Origin: Callorhinchus milii
Taxonomy: Eukaryota
Assembly (NCBI RefSeq): GCF_018977255.1
Contig: NW_024704742.1
Coordinates: 94,986,001-95,050,000, forward strand
Reading direction: 5' to 3'
Length of the DNA: 64,000 nt
This document shows, one piece after another, positions 13,249 through 25,680 of this stretch (position 1 is its first letter; each line of letters starts with the position of its first letter). Both the position numbers and the translations under genes were made by a program. The notes beneath the pieces were generated by a model. It saw nothing but the letters and a program-made list of their open reading frames with translations, made no database searches and was not told where the DNA came from.

Positions 13249-13544
13249 CCTCGCCTCTCTGCCTTCCCACACGCCAGTTCCGAGGCGATTTGGGTCTCTC
13301 TCTTCTCCCCCACCCCTTCAGGGAAACGCGGTGGGGGGGTTGTTTCAATCCGTATTTCGTTAGGATCTTTGCAGCAGGTTCTTGTGAGAAATTCCGGGCA
13401 GATCGAGGTTAATCCGTGGGTGGATTGGGAATAAACCAGGCACACAGAGAGCAGAGAGAGAGAGAGGGGGGGGACAGAGAGAGAGAGAGGGACAGAGAGA
13501 GAGAGAGAGGAGATGGACAGTGGTGTCCGCTCCCTCTCTGAGAT
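13249..13544 (-). other. NTRK2: Probable 5' UTR part of the NTRK2 ATG-containing exon
   Basis: Candidate acceptor tcttgtttatatgttgcag|ATC with the exon starting at 13544 on the minus strand. No upstream ATG lies between it and the start codon. The boundary is inferred. Confidence 0.4.
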
Positions 13545-13728
13545 CTGCAACATATAAACAAGATATTTAAACCGTGGCTTCAGCTTTGTAAATTCCCTGC
13601 CAAAAAAAAAAGATCGCTCCCTCTCCCTCCCTCCCTCCCTCCCTCTGTAGTCCCAGAGGGGCGATCTGAATGGTGTAAATGTTACACACAACACACAGAG
13701 AGAGAGAGAGAGAGCTGCCCCTACAGAC

Positions 13729-13771
<43 letters not shown>

Positions 13772-13783
13772 CAGAGAGAGAGA
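13446..13783. repeat. (GA)n/(CAGA)n microsatellite cluster in the NTRK2 5' region
   Basis: Tracts at about 13446-13512 and 13696-13783. Confidence 0.9.
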
Positions 13784-14004
13784 TGGAGCAAGTGTGGCCA
13801 CAGAGAGATGTACAGTGCAATCTCTCCTGCCCCAATGGTCTGGGCGCTTTAATGCCACCAACTTGACCGGCTGCCCGTGGTGGGTTTTGCTTGATCTCAT
13901 TTAATTCTCTCCACACCCCCCCCCACCACCACCACCTCCCCCTTCCCCTCCCTCCTCCCACCCCCACTCCTCCCCTCCACCACCAAACTATTAGTATTTC
14001 ACAT

Positions 14005-14044
14005 CCAATTCGGGAAGCTGGTGCACATGACGTGCGGTGACGCA
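14005..14044. promoter_or_regulatory. NTRK2 promoter module: two CRE-like sites, CCAAT box, E-box
   Basis: TGACGTG at 14028 and TGACGCA at 14038 are 10 bp apart. CCAAT at 14005 and CACATG at 14024. About 790 bp upstream of the NTRK2 ATG in a locally CpG-richer, TE-free region. Confidence 0.65.
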
Positions 14045-15814
14045 CGGAGGAGGGGAGGATGGAGCGTTTTGGGGTGAAAAACAAAAGCTACAGAGGGAGG
14101 GGAAGGGAGAGGAAAAAAAAAGTTACAAAAAAAAAGAGAGAAGACGGTGGAAGGTGTTGGACGTGAGGTTGTTTGGCAATGAGAGGCGGTGGAGATCCAC
14201 TGAGTGTCCGGGCAGAGAGGGATGGTTTAGTGCCTGGGTTCCTTGTTCTTAACCAGATGTCCCCACTCCCCCACCTCTCTCCCTCTCTCTATCTCTCTGA
14301 ATAATAATTATGTAATTATGTGCTGAAATAGTGTGCGCCACAACCTGTCAGTTTGCACTAAATTACACCTACAATGCTTCCGATCTCCCCCCTCCCTCCC
14401 TCCCTCCCCATCATCCAGTTCATAGACACCGTCTAACAAATAAATAACCTGCGTCTAATGCACAGAGGGGTGTCACCGTTTGTACTATAATACCTGACAA
14501 AAAGTCACGACACTCCATTTCTACTCCATTTGTCTTCCCATTATTTTATTGCATTTGGATCTTCAGGAGGATCAGAGCCCTCCCCCAGCTCTAAAATGTT
14601 TTCACAAACAGGGGAACGTATTGATCATATGTAGGGGATGCTCACACTCCACATCATCAGCAGACGGAACTGATAGAGCTGGGAGTTTCAATCTGTAAAA
14701 TAAAACATACTCCATCGGCAGACTTAAACCTACTGTGCTCCCTGTTTCTCTGGTGCACTCAAATCAACATTGAAATCTGTCTATTCAACATGTGCGAGTA
14801 TGTCAGTCAATGCCTATATACCGAACTACTTGTGTATGTTCCGGACATCGAGACATTAAATATGTACAGTCCATCCATCCATATGCATAATGTGGAAAAC
14901 AGGCAGTCAGACTGTTAAAATTGCTAATATTACACGCAGATATTGAATTACAACATCACTCAAAATGATACCATCGCAGACGTGATCGAATTCCTGCATT
15001 TAGCTCATTGACTTTTAAATGGACTCTAATAAAAGAACATTACATGTCTGAAAGGCGTTGGGTGGGTTATTGCGATCCCTACTACTATAGTCTTTTTTTT
15101 TCCTTCCCCCAATAGACGGTGTGAAATATTAAAATGCATTTCACAAAGAGATCACGTTCTTACTCTGCATCTTGCAGCGACACCTCTGCAATACAGTCCT
15201 CAGATTTTTTTTAAACACACACACAGACACACACACACAGGGCAAGCAACAGCAATAGAGAACAGCAATAGCTTGCAAGGGTAAAATCTGCCAGTTTTCT
15301 CAAGATCAACTGCGTGCTGAGAAATGCACATTATAAAATATGGTGCCATTCGTTGCTCCCTCTTCTCTCTTTCTCTTTTTTGCCTGTTATTCTCTGTCTC
15401 TCTGCCCCCTCCACCTCCACATCCAATTCCAGTGTAAATTTTCCCGCAGTGGTTTTCGCAGTGTGCAGCAAACATCAGTGCTGAAGCCAACCAGGATCAT
15501 GAGCTTGTCTGACACCTACAGGGGCCACAGACAACCTGCAACTCGTAGCAAAAAAAAATTACCCGCATCGCCCGCCGTTTGCTGATCGACGCTTTTTATT
15601 TTCACCATCAGTTGCTTTATGGAACAGCCTAAAAGGTAAGGGGTTCAACCCCATTTTCTTCTTTTTTTAAAAACACACACACGCACACACACACACTGAC
15701 CAGGCAAATAAGCCACAAAAATAAACAATTCTGCTTCACCAAGAAACAAAAACTTATTGAATTCAATACAGATTCAATACAGATTATGATCAAATATACC
15801 ACAATAATGTACAG

Positions 15815-16255
15815 TAATAATCCTTGCATTTGATATATCGCCTTATCATGTCTTTGAGACGTCTCAAAGCGCTTCACAGAATATAATAATAAAATAATCC
15901 TTGCATTTGATATAGCGCTTTTCATGTCTTCTAGACGTCTCAAAGCGCTTCACGGAATAGACCGTAAAGTGAATTGACTGTGTATTTGTGGGCGAAACAC
16001 GGCAGCCAATTGCGCCCAGCAGTGTCCCACAAACAGTCGTGGATTGAGTGACCAAATTATTATTAATTTTAATGAATTATTACCCCTGGAAAAGCAGTCC
16101 ATCAATTGACTAAAACTGGGTTCCTACTTACTGCTAGGAAAACAGAGGGGTGTGGAGTAAGGAAACTTGCCCAAGGTTTTGCCCTGCCGAGAATCAAACC
16201 CAGGTCCTCTCACTTGCGAGGCGAGTGCTCTAACCACTGAGCTACAGGACTCCAC
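15815..16255 (-). mobile_element. tRNA-derived SINE, long form, with duplicated 3' end
   Basis: Full head to tail at 15886-16255, plus an extra copy of the tail at 15815-15885. Confidence 0.9.
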
Positions 16256-16799
16256 AATAATACAAATTAATAATACAAATTAATACTGGTCATGTCATGA
16301 AGACCCACAATTAAATATTCTTAAATTTACTAAAAAAAAGTAAAACTGATCCTCTTATACACAGTAGGACATAGTTGGTGCAATACTGTAGCTGATTATG
16401 TCTCTTCTGGGGGAAAGTGCATTGGCTGCAGGAACCCATCAGAGAGACTTTCCAATCAAAAGAATAAGGAATTGATGTTTCAGAGGAGTTTCAGAGGAGT
16501 TGGGTTTAAGCCCTGATAAAGCGAGACTGTGAAAGAAAAGCGAGGAGGTGTGTGTGGTTAAGGATATAAGGCGAGGACATTTCTTTTTAAAAAGAAACAA
16601 CCTACTATTCAGACTCCCCAAAATGTTTTTTTAACATTAAAACTCCTAAGATGCAGTCTGAAATTCCATTCAAGGATACTCCTTATTCAGTTGAGCGACA
16701 CATGTTATGACCTTGGAGCCACTTTCTTTTTCTTTTTCCTTTTAATCGTCTCAGAGGAGATCCTATGGAATTGTGTAACATGTTAATAGTAATTGAGAT

Positions 16800-17030
16800 A
16801 GTTAGGGACTGCAGGTTCAGGGTTGTGATGGATAATTTCAAGATAGACGCCAGGAAAAAAAATATTTATTCACAGGGTATTTAATGACAGGATCATGTCA
16901 ATAGGAAGCTTGGTTAAGACCAGGATGCTGAGCTCATTTAAGAAACAGTCTGATGCTGTGATGGGAAGATATTACAGTGGATATTTTGGAAGGATGAGAT
17001 CAATTGGGCTAAAGGGACTCCTTCATACAA
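16800..17030 (+). mobile_element. Very degenerate CR1-like 3' remnant
   Basis: Weak similarity to the CR1 3' end (ttcacagggt...atttaagaaacagtctgatg...tgggctaaagggactcct). Confidence 0.4.
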
Positions 17031-17519
17031 ACTTCTCTAGTGATCTTGTGAAATATTAGCAAATTTTATGTGTTCATCAATGCAACAGAAAGTCATCACT
17101 GGGAAATAGAAATTGTTCAATTTTGGTCATTGTGCTCAGTTGCAGCTATATATATCAGAGCAGAATGGAAGAAACCTTGATCTCTGTCTATTGCTGGTAC
17201 ACGCTTGGTACTCACACTGACCAAAATAAATCATTGGCAGTTGTTAGGTCACAGTGGAAAGCTATTAAAAAAAAGCCTAATGAGATATTGAGGTTCAAAG
17301 CGAGATACAATACAATTTACATTTATATAGCTCCTTTCACGTCACAAGGACTTCTCAATGGGCTTGTAGGACTAGAACACAAAAGATGTGTTAAAACAGG
17401 AAGTTCTATTGGGTTTGCAAAAGGCACTGGTGAGTCTGATCACTGGTAATGTGTTTTGAGCAAATCAACACAGAGTGCAGCACACATTCACAAAGGTAAT
17501 TTCGTGGTGGGGGGTGCTG

Positions 17520-17940
17520 GGGGCTGCAGGGAGACTAAACTATAATCAAAGACTGGATAGGTTGGGGATATATTCTTTAGAGTTAAGGAAGGTAAGGGTA
17601 ATTTAATTGGGGCGTTATGAAGTCATTCAACAAAATAAACAGGGAGTGACATTTTCCTCTGGAGAGTTAGTCAATTACAAGAGGGCATAACCTTAATATT
17701 AAAGCAAAACAGATGAGAACTGAGGCAGGGATGAATTTCTTCTCTCAGAGGGTGTCGATTATGACTTGTCCCAAAAATGCATTGATGTTAAATTGATTGA
17801 GAGCTGGACAGATACTTGGGGAAATTGAAATATTAACTGCTATACAGAGAGGCAGGGAAGTGGGTCATGGGAGTGGTAGACTTAGGTTTATGGAATAGCT
17901 TATGGCAGAGTGAACTTGGTGGGCGAAATGTGTTTCTCTT
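17520..17940 (+). mobile_element. Old CR1 LINE 3' remnant
   Basis: YNQRLDRLGIYSLELR...TRGHNL...NFFSQRV, typical of the CR1 ORF2 C-terminus. Confidence 0.75.
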
Positions 17941-19180
17941 TGTGAATTTTAACATAAAATGCCCTATTCATGTTTCCCATTGTTAAATTCTGGTGAGTCT
18001 TGAGGCATTTTTGTCCAGCTTGGATATAAAACAGCTGACTTTTCAAGTCCCTTTACCACCCACCCACTGGAAAATCCATGTCTTGAGAATTAAGTCTCAC
18101 AATTGATTCTGTTCTGATCAATCACGGATTTTAGAGACTTATTTTCTCAAAATATTCAAACTCTTGTTCAGAGTTAATCAGTCAAAATATCATCGAACAT
18201 ATTAAAGTGTGAGATTTAATATTCCTGTTGTGACATTTTTCTTGATCAAAGTTTCTTCAGAGCCGTAACTGTGTGTTCCAGCCACCGTAAATATTTATTT
18301 AGAGATCGTCTGATAGAAGCTCCTCAGATAAACAAACTGTCTATTTGCACAACTGGACCTGAGCATCCTGCTGTGTTAAATACCATGAAGTATTAAATCT
18401 GAACTTGCAGGTCCAAGCATTGCTGATCCTAAGTTGGTCCAAACTCAGCTAGTGGAACTTCAGTCACTGAAGCAGTCAGCCTGAGTATAGACTTGTTTAT
18501 GATTTGACAGCTGCCAGAGATGGTCAAGATTCTGTAATGTGATAAGTTATCCCAGAGCCTCTCAATCATAAACATTGAGTTTTGCAATAATAACTGTCAG
18601 GTTATTATCAGGGTGAAGCATCCCAAATTTGAAGCTCTTTATTTAAATATGTATTCAGCATTGCATTGTCAAATAATTTTAGTTCAACAAATAATTTATT
18701 GAGTAAAATATTTTTCTTGAAAATAAATTGCAAATTCGCAATTCCTAATTCACTCTTCCTTCTATCTGCTGCACACTCTTCTTGTAGTTACAAAAGCTAT
18801 TTTAACTCTTTTTAGTAGGTTCCTATAGTAAACCTCCAGAAAATGTTTGGGGATAAATTCCACCTAAGTCTAGATTCACTCTATTCATGTAGCATTTCAG
18901 AACATTCAGAGTTTGACAAATTCTTAAATACATTTTGAAGCAGTTTTCCATAAATGATTTTAACAATTATACAAAATTGACTTCATAGTTGAGACTGAAT
19001 TGAGCAATTTGTCAAATGTGAATGCTCTAATATGTTATAACAAACAGAGTAAATCTAGACCTTGGTGAAATTTCTTACCAGTTGTCTATGTGTTCATACC
19101 CGCTCTTCACTGTGTTGAATTCAACTAGTGTACATGTCAATGGAATACTTTGCTGGGGGATCAGTGTGACCAGAGAGCCA

Positions 19181-19690
19181 GCAACAACAACAACAACAAC
19201 AAGATTCCATTTATTGAGCGCCTTTCACGTCGGGAGGACGTCCCAAGGTGCTGTACAGTTGGGTCAGGACCCGAGCAAGAGGGAAATGGTCAGGGTGAGG
19301 GGAGGGAAGGGAGGGAGCGAGGAGGGGGTAGAGAGTCGAGAGGGGAGCTGAAGGCACGGTCAAAGAGAAAGGCCTTGAGACCGGCCTTGAAGGAGGAAAG
19401 GGAGGAGGCAAGGCGAAGGCACTGGGGGATGGAGTTCCAGAGCCTGGGGGCTGAGAGGCTGAAGGCCCGGCCACCGATGGTAGGGCGGTTGGGGCGGGGG
19501 ATGTGGAGCAGACCGGAGCCAGAGGAACGGAGTGTATGGGCAGGTAGGTAGGGGGATAGTAGGTCGGAGAGATAGGAGGGAGCAAGGCCGTGAATGGCCT
19601 TGTAGGTGAGGGTGAGGATCTTGAATTCGATCCTCTGGGGGATGGGGAGCCAGTGGAGGCGAGCGAGGGTGGGAGTGACTGGCTCTCTAT
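19181..19690 (-). mobile_element. Young L2 LINE 3' end
   Basis: Near-identical to 35938-36480 and 53320-53807. Confidence 0.9.
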
Positions 19691-20872
19691 CTTTGGAAGC
19701 CCGGTTTGAATGCAGCCCAGGCCAATAGACCAACAACAATAATAACTTGCATTTATGTAGAGCCTTGAAGCATCTCGGAGCGCTTCACAGTTACAGTAAT
19801 GGGGAAGGGTGATGAGGAGTCCAAAGCTGGACGTATACTTAACCACTGATCACAAATGGATCTTTAGAAAGCTAACACATAATTCCAGAGTTGTACACAT
19901 ATATGCAGCTCAGTGTATGCATGAACACAAAAATTGGGTGCTAATTTTTAAAGGTTATTGAAGAGCTGGTGACATGACATGATATTAAATGATGCTCCTG
20001 GAAAACTTATGGGCATCCAATTGACCATCTGATCGCTTTCTACAGTCCATGGAGGAGGAGTATTGATTTATACCTGCTGCATGTTTACTGCTGGTCGGGC
20101 AGGAATTGGAGACAATTGAACTCCTCCTCTGACTACTTTCATAAGAAGGTAGTATCAGGGTCAGGGCTGCTAAACTTTGCTTCTACCTTGATTTAGAATG
20201 CTCACATCCCATAAATTACCGTGCTTAAGAAAAACGAGCGCTTCAGTAAGAATAAAGTGAAAGATCAACAACCTTCTTCACAAGAGCAAATACTGTTTTC
20301 ATTGTAAATCTCCGACATAGACATGACGGTGGAAGTTTGGAGAGCTTGAAAAAGACACCTACTATAAATTTAAAGCTTAAGGGTACTGAACTGGAGCCTG
20401 AAAGCTGTAATTTAGCCTAATTGATAAATTCCCAAGAAACTCTTTCATAAAACTTGTTTGTAGATCTTTTAAGCCAAGACAAAGATGGCTCGGAATAATA
20501 CTAACAAAAGGAATCTAAACATAGAGTTCTGCAGAAACAAAACTCATGGAAATTGGCTAGGATTACTTGATTGACAATCAGGAGTTTTTACATGAAATGC
20601 CTTCTTTCCTCATTGTGAAGTGATTGAAATGATGGTACAAGGCAGAACTCTTGAATTTATCATTCTCTGGAGAGGCAAGAATTCTAAACTGATACTTCCC
20701 ACAGAACTTTAGAAAGTTGAGCTTAAAAAGTAACAGAAAGCTTTCCTTGCAGAGATTCATCTTCCTGGATCTCACAATGTACATTATTTCATGCTGGTAA
20801 CATGATATCTAAGAGTTTGGTTTTCCTGGAATATGGACAATAGATCAGGCAATTAGATGATGCATCACTTTT

Positions 20873-21165
20873 ATAATAATAATAACAATAATAATAATAA
20901 TCCTTGCATTTGATATAGCGCTTTTCACGTCAGGAGGACGTCCCAAAGCGCTTCACAGAACACACTGTAAAGTGAATTGACTGTATATTTGTGGGCGAAC
21001 GCGGCAGCCAATTGCGCACAGCAATGTCCCACAAACAGTCGTAGATTGAAAATGATCAATTTAATTATTGTTTTTGTTTTTTGGAGGGATTATTATTAGG
21101 CTCTGTGTGGAGTAAGGAAACTTGCCCAAGGTTTCGCCCTGCCTGGAATTGAACTCAAGTCTCTT
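20873..21165 (-). mobile_element. tRNA-derived SINE, short form, 5'-truncated
   Basis: Near-identical to 4697-5016. Confidence 0.9.
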
Positions 21166-22179
21166 TCTCTTGGACCTAGACTACAAGATGGGACACAGGG
21201 GGAGATCATAAAGCCCTTACCTCCACTGAGGTAAACAAACTGATATGAACTGAAGTTGTATACCCCATGATCATTGTCTATGAGAATCAACAACAACAAC
21301 TTCCTTTTATATAGCGCCCTTCACGCAGGGTAGCGTTTCCAAGTCCTTATAGTGAATCCATGTTAACAGAAGATTTCCAGACAATTGATTAAAAGCTTTT
21401 CCTCCTTTTCAGCCCAGATGTTGTAAAGCACCAAAATGTCCATCATTTGGGAAGAAAATGTGTATATGGGGGAGAACATAGAAAATATGGGAAGGAACAC
21501 ATGATTAGATATTTACAATATAGCCTGTGAAGCGCTTTGGGACACCTCAATGGCATGTTAAAACACAATATCAAATACAAATATTAGTATTATTGTTCAC
21601 CAGAGAAAATATGTCCTCACATCAAAAATAATAATATTAATTTGCTTCTCCATGCTACATAGGAAACAACAGTTCTGAATAGATGAGTTAAAGGCTGGAG
21701 CAATAAAGCTAATGAAAAACATGAAGCAAGGCTGTTGGTAGCCCTAGCTAGGGAAAGCAAGGTCAAAGCTTTATGAGGAGAAAATCTATTCATGTGCGTG
21801 GACTCTTAACAGGAACTCAAGGAACGCATCTCCTGTGGAAAAAGGATTGACTTTTAAATATTGATCTTTAAATATAAGGTCACAAGAAGTGAGTAGATGG
21901 CAAAGAACTCTGGCATAGGATATACAGTCTCCACAGAAGCTGGAGCCAACAGAATATGATTCTAGTGAATTAGCAAGCAGAAATCCTACTAGTAAAGGAT
22001 TGTATAGTATCCTTCAGCGCTATACAAGTATCACTAACCCACTGAAACAGTCAATCAAGAAGGAAAATCTACAGAATAGCTTATTATTAATTATCTTGGC
22101 ATTTCTTATAGCCTATTTCCCCCCAAAATTAAAAATAACAAAAATAAGATCAAAAATAAAAAATAGGTTTGAAATAGGA

Positions 22180-22450
22180 TGGTAGTGCACGAGTTGAAGG
22201 GATTGAAGGCAGTTTTTCTAAGGAGGGCAGTAATGACAGCTGTTTTGGGGGGGAGTGGCACTGAGCCTGAGGAGAGGGACTGATTTATAGTATCTGTCAG
22301 CAGTCGACCCAGGAGGGGGGGTTGAGCATCCAGGTTGGGGAGGGAGTCGAGGCAGCAGGTGGTGGGTTTCAGTTGGGTGATGGAGAATGAGAGGGAGGAA
22401 GGAGAGATGGGGGCAAAGGAGTGTAGGTTGAACCGTGAGGCCAGTTTTGT
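22180..22450 (-). mobile_element. L2 ORF2 internal fragment
   Basis: LKPTTCCLD...[11 protein letters not shown]...KTAVIT. Confidence 0.75.
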
Positions 22451-23124
22451 GCCATCTGCACTTGAGCAACCGTGTTTGGGATAGTACTTTTGAGGTTGAC
22501 CTTCATTCATCAAGAGGTTATTCTGAAGAACAATAATCTCAAGATCATTTATGGAGTTCCACCTTCATGAGTATTTTTTTTAAAAAAACTGAATACTTAG
22601 GAATTTCAAAATAGACACATCGCTTTTTCTGAATTTTTCTAAATAGGAAAATATAATCTCACTTCCGAAAGATGTTGTTTCTTGTGATGCAAAAAAAAGT
22701 GGAAGCTAGGGGCTATGAAATGGTTGAGGGGCTCTTTCCCAGGACTTGTTGTTTCATGCTACCCTGTATGAAGTACGTTATATAAATAAAAGTTGTTGTG
22801 AAAGACTGGTACATGTAGAGAGCGATGAATGGTATGGTAAAATTAGCATTAGCGGGACTAGGAGACTGAAGATCAGTGACACACTAGCTAGGGATGTGCA
22901 GCGTTATCTTGATTGAATTTGTTATTGTGTCTGTCTGTCTTCACTCTAATAACATGAGATTCTGTTCTTCACAACTCTGTTAACATGGAACAAGCAACAG
23001 AACTTTTTCACTTCCCATTGTTTGAATTTAGCTTGCAGGGTTAACAGCCCCTGAGTAGGAAAAATCCCTGCTCTAAGTGACCTTTCTGCCCCTCCTGTGA
23101 GTCAGGCTGGCTGGTCTGTCATTA

Positions 23125-23490
23125 TAATAATACAATAATAAACCTTGCATTTGCTATAGCGGCTTATCAAGTCATTGAAAAGTCTCAAAGCGCTTCACAG
23201 AATATATTGAAAAGTGGCTTCACAGTGTATTTTGTGGACAAAACAAGGCAGCCAATTGCATACAGCATTGTCCCACAAATAGTGGTGGATTGAGTGCCCC
23301 GATTTTTTTTGTGTGAGTATTACTTCCGGAAAGTGATCCATCAATTGCCCAACAATCAATTGTCTACTTACTGCCAGATACACAGTGGCATATGGAGTAA
23401 GGAACCTTGCCCATGGTTTTACCCTGCCCAGGTATTGAACTCAGGTCCTCTCGCTTGCGAGGCAAGTGCGCTAATCACTACACTACAGGT
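23125..23490 (-). mobile_element. tRNA-derived SINE, long form, diverged
   Basis: Head, internal segment and tail are all recognisable. Confidence 0.85.
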
Positions 23491-23989
23491 CTATACATTA
23501 ACACTTTCCCGGCTCAGGAATAGGACTAGAGTCTACCTTGTACTGAGGGATCCATCGAGAATACACCAAGTGGCTCGTGATGAGCACCAAGAGTATTAGG
23601 CATTACAGAAATCCAGCCCCACCTCCTTGCAGCTGTATCGATAAACATGGTGTTCACCTTGTACAAACATGTAGTTATGTACATATTCTCCACCCTGTAA
23701 AATAACATGACATTCCTTATTCTCCAGACTTAAGATTATCTTGGCTTTGCCAAATGTTTATTTAGATGAATTACATCTAGCCTGTGCACTTATTTTGTTC
23801 TTGCTTCGATGATTATTTGCTCTCTGCTTTAGTTACAGAATTAAATGAGTCAGTTCTTGCAACACTAATCGACAACACACTATACTGCTGGAAAAGCATG
23901 TGACCTCTTCATTCTTCCTGCTTGGTTCCAAGAGAACGGTGGATGTCAAAGATTATGAGAATGCTCATCCCAATGTATTTAGTTTACTC

Positions 23990-24366
23990 ACATTATATAG
24001 CACCCTCACATCTGAGTCAAAAGGATGTGAGTTGAAACACCACGCTGTGAGCTCTCGGCTGATACACCTGTACAGTGCTGGATGAGTACTGCATTGTCAG
24101 AGGTTCTGTCCTTCAAAACCGAGGTCCTGTCTGCCTGTTCAGGTGGCCATTAAAGATCCCATGGCACTGCTCAAAAAGAGAAGGCAGTTTCTCCTGGTGT
24201 CTTGGCCAACTATCCCCCAAATAAAATTGGTCACTCACTCGCTATGCACAATTGGGCTGTTCGTTACAAATGCACTGTCACTGCACTTCACAGCAAATTG
24301 TGCGAAGCGTTCTGAGACATCCTCCTGACATGAAAGGTGCTGTACCAAATGCAAGGATTATTATTA
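23990..24366 (+). mobile_element. Old Deu-domain SINE
   Basis: aaaccgaggtcctgtctgcctgttcaggtggccattaaagatcccatggcact core; L2-like tail. Confidence 0.75.
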
Positions 24367-25457
24367 CCACAAATGTAGTCAGTGAGGTCAAAATTGTGGT
24401 ATTCATAAATGCTTTCCATTCCTTATTTAAGGAACAGCACAAAAATTGCACTTAAAGACATGTTCTTTTAACCTGTCTTTAAGTGCAATTTTTCTGAAAT
24501 TTGGGAATTTAATACCACTGACTTCAGAGAATAGATTCTCCCTCAGGCTTCTTAAGGATAAATTAGCTGCCACTTTTTTTAAAGAAATGTGCAGCAAAAT
24601 GCAGTGTTTTGATTCCCAGCTGTCACAACATTTTTTAAAATTGAACTTTTAAATTATTTGTAGGCCACTATGGCCCTAACAAGTGTTAAAGACATTTTGA
24701 TCTGCTCTATAACAACAACTTGCATTTATATTCACACAGGTAGCTGCTCAAATTAGTTTCTAGTCCAAAAGCATTCATTAGTTGATCCCAGTGATAACAA
24801 GAATAATAATTCATATAGCTCCTTGTACATCAGGAGGACGTCTCAAAGCACTTCACTCAGCTGACCAGGATCCCGAGCTGGGAGGGGGGGGTGAGGCATT
24901 CTGGATTGTTAAGGATAATTATGGAATGGAATTGGTTTAGGAATACCACAATTTTGACTCCTAATATGTCAGGGACAGTTTGAGAAATGGCCAGTGCTAC
25001 GTTAATTGAAGCCGAGAGCGATACATAACGGCAGATATCCATTGACTCAAATCAAGTCAACAAAACAATATGGAAACTTTCCCTCTATATAGCTAGTTCA
25101 GCCATTGTATGTATTTTTCTGATGAACTTGGATTTGTCAAAAAGCAAAAGGTTACTTTCTTTTATAAAATTTTCACAATGTCAATAACAATTAAATTGCA
25201 ATAAACTGTATTACAATTTTACAATAAATTGGATCTAAAGACTGGACTAAGGAAATGGGGCAGAAAATATATCTCCTCCTTGTACACAGAAAACTAGAAG
25301 TGACAAATCTTAGGGATTGTTCTCATTAAGCTTTATTCAAAAATATATTTTTTTAAATTCATAGCCATAACTTGAAATATATATATTTTTTTAAAAAAAT
25401 CAGTATCATAAATGCCTACATCTATTATCTCATGGCAAGAATAAACTGTAGTGCAAA

Positions 25458-25680
25458 AGAGAGAGGGAGTTCCTACGTGATGTTATTGGGGACAATATGG
25501 CAACTAGAGGGAGAGAGTGCTGTGTAGTGTTATTGGGTTCAGTGTGGCAATGAGAGAGAGAGGGGGCTGTGCAGTGTTATTGGGTTCAGTGTGGCAATGA
25601 GAGAGAGAGAGGGCTGTGTAGTATTAATGGGTGCTGCGAGACAGCGAGAGGGAGTCTTGTGTGATGTTGATAGTTGGCAT
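25458..25680. repeat. Minisatellite, unit about 47-48 bp, 4-5 diverged copies
   Basis: gctgtg(t/c)agtgttattgggttcagtgtggcaatgagagagagag unit at about 25519, 25566 and 25614, with degenerate flanking copies. Confidence 0.8.

Noticed and set aside
13030..13434. Plus-strand ORFs overlapping the NTRK2 exon
   Set aside because: Antisense shadows of a GC-rich coding exon.
13245..14084. 279-aa ORF upstream of NTRK2
   Set aside because: Runs through (CT)n and G-rich low-complexity tracts and has no recognisable protein features.
15461..15485. REST/RE1 site upstream of NTRK2
   Set aside because: Only the TTCAGCAC half is present on the minus strand, with no GGACAG half at a suitable spacing.
25458..25680. 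CRISPR-like array
   Set aside because: Head-to-tail tandem units without unique spacers, in a vertebrate context with no cas genes.
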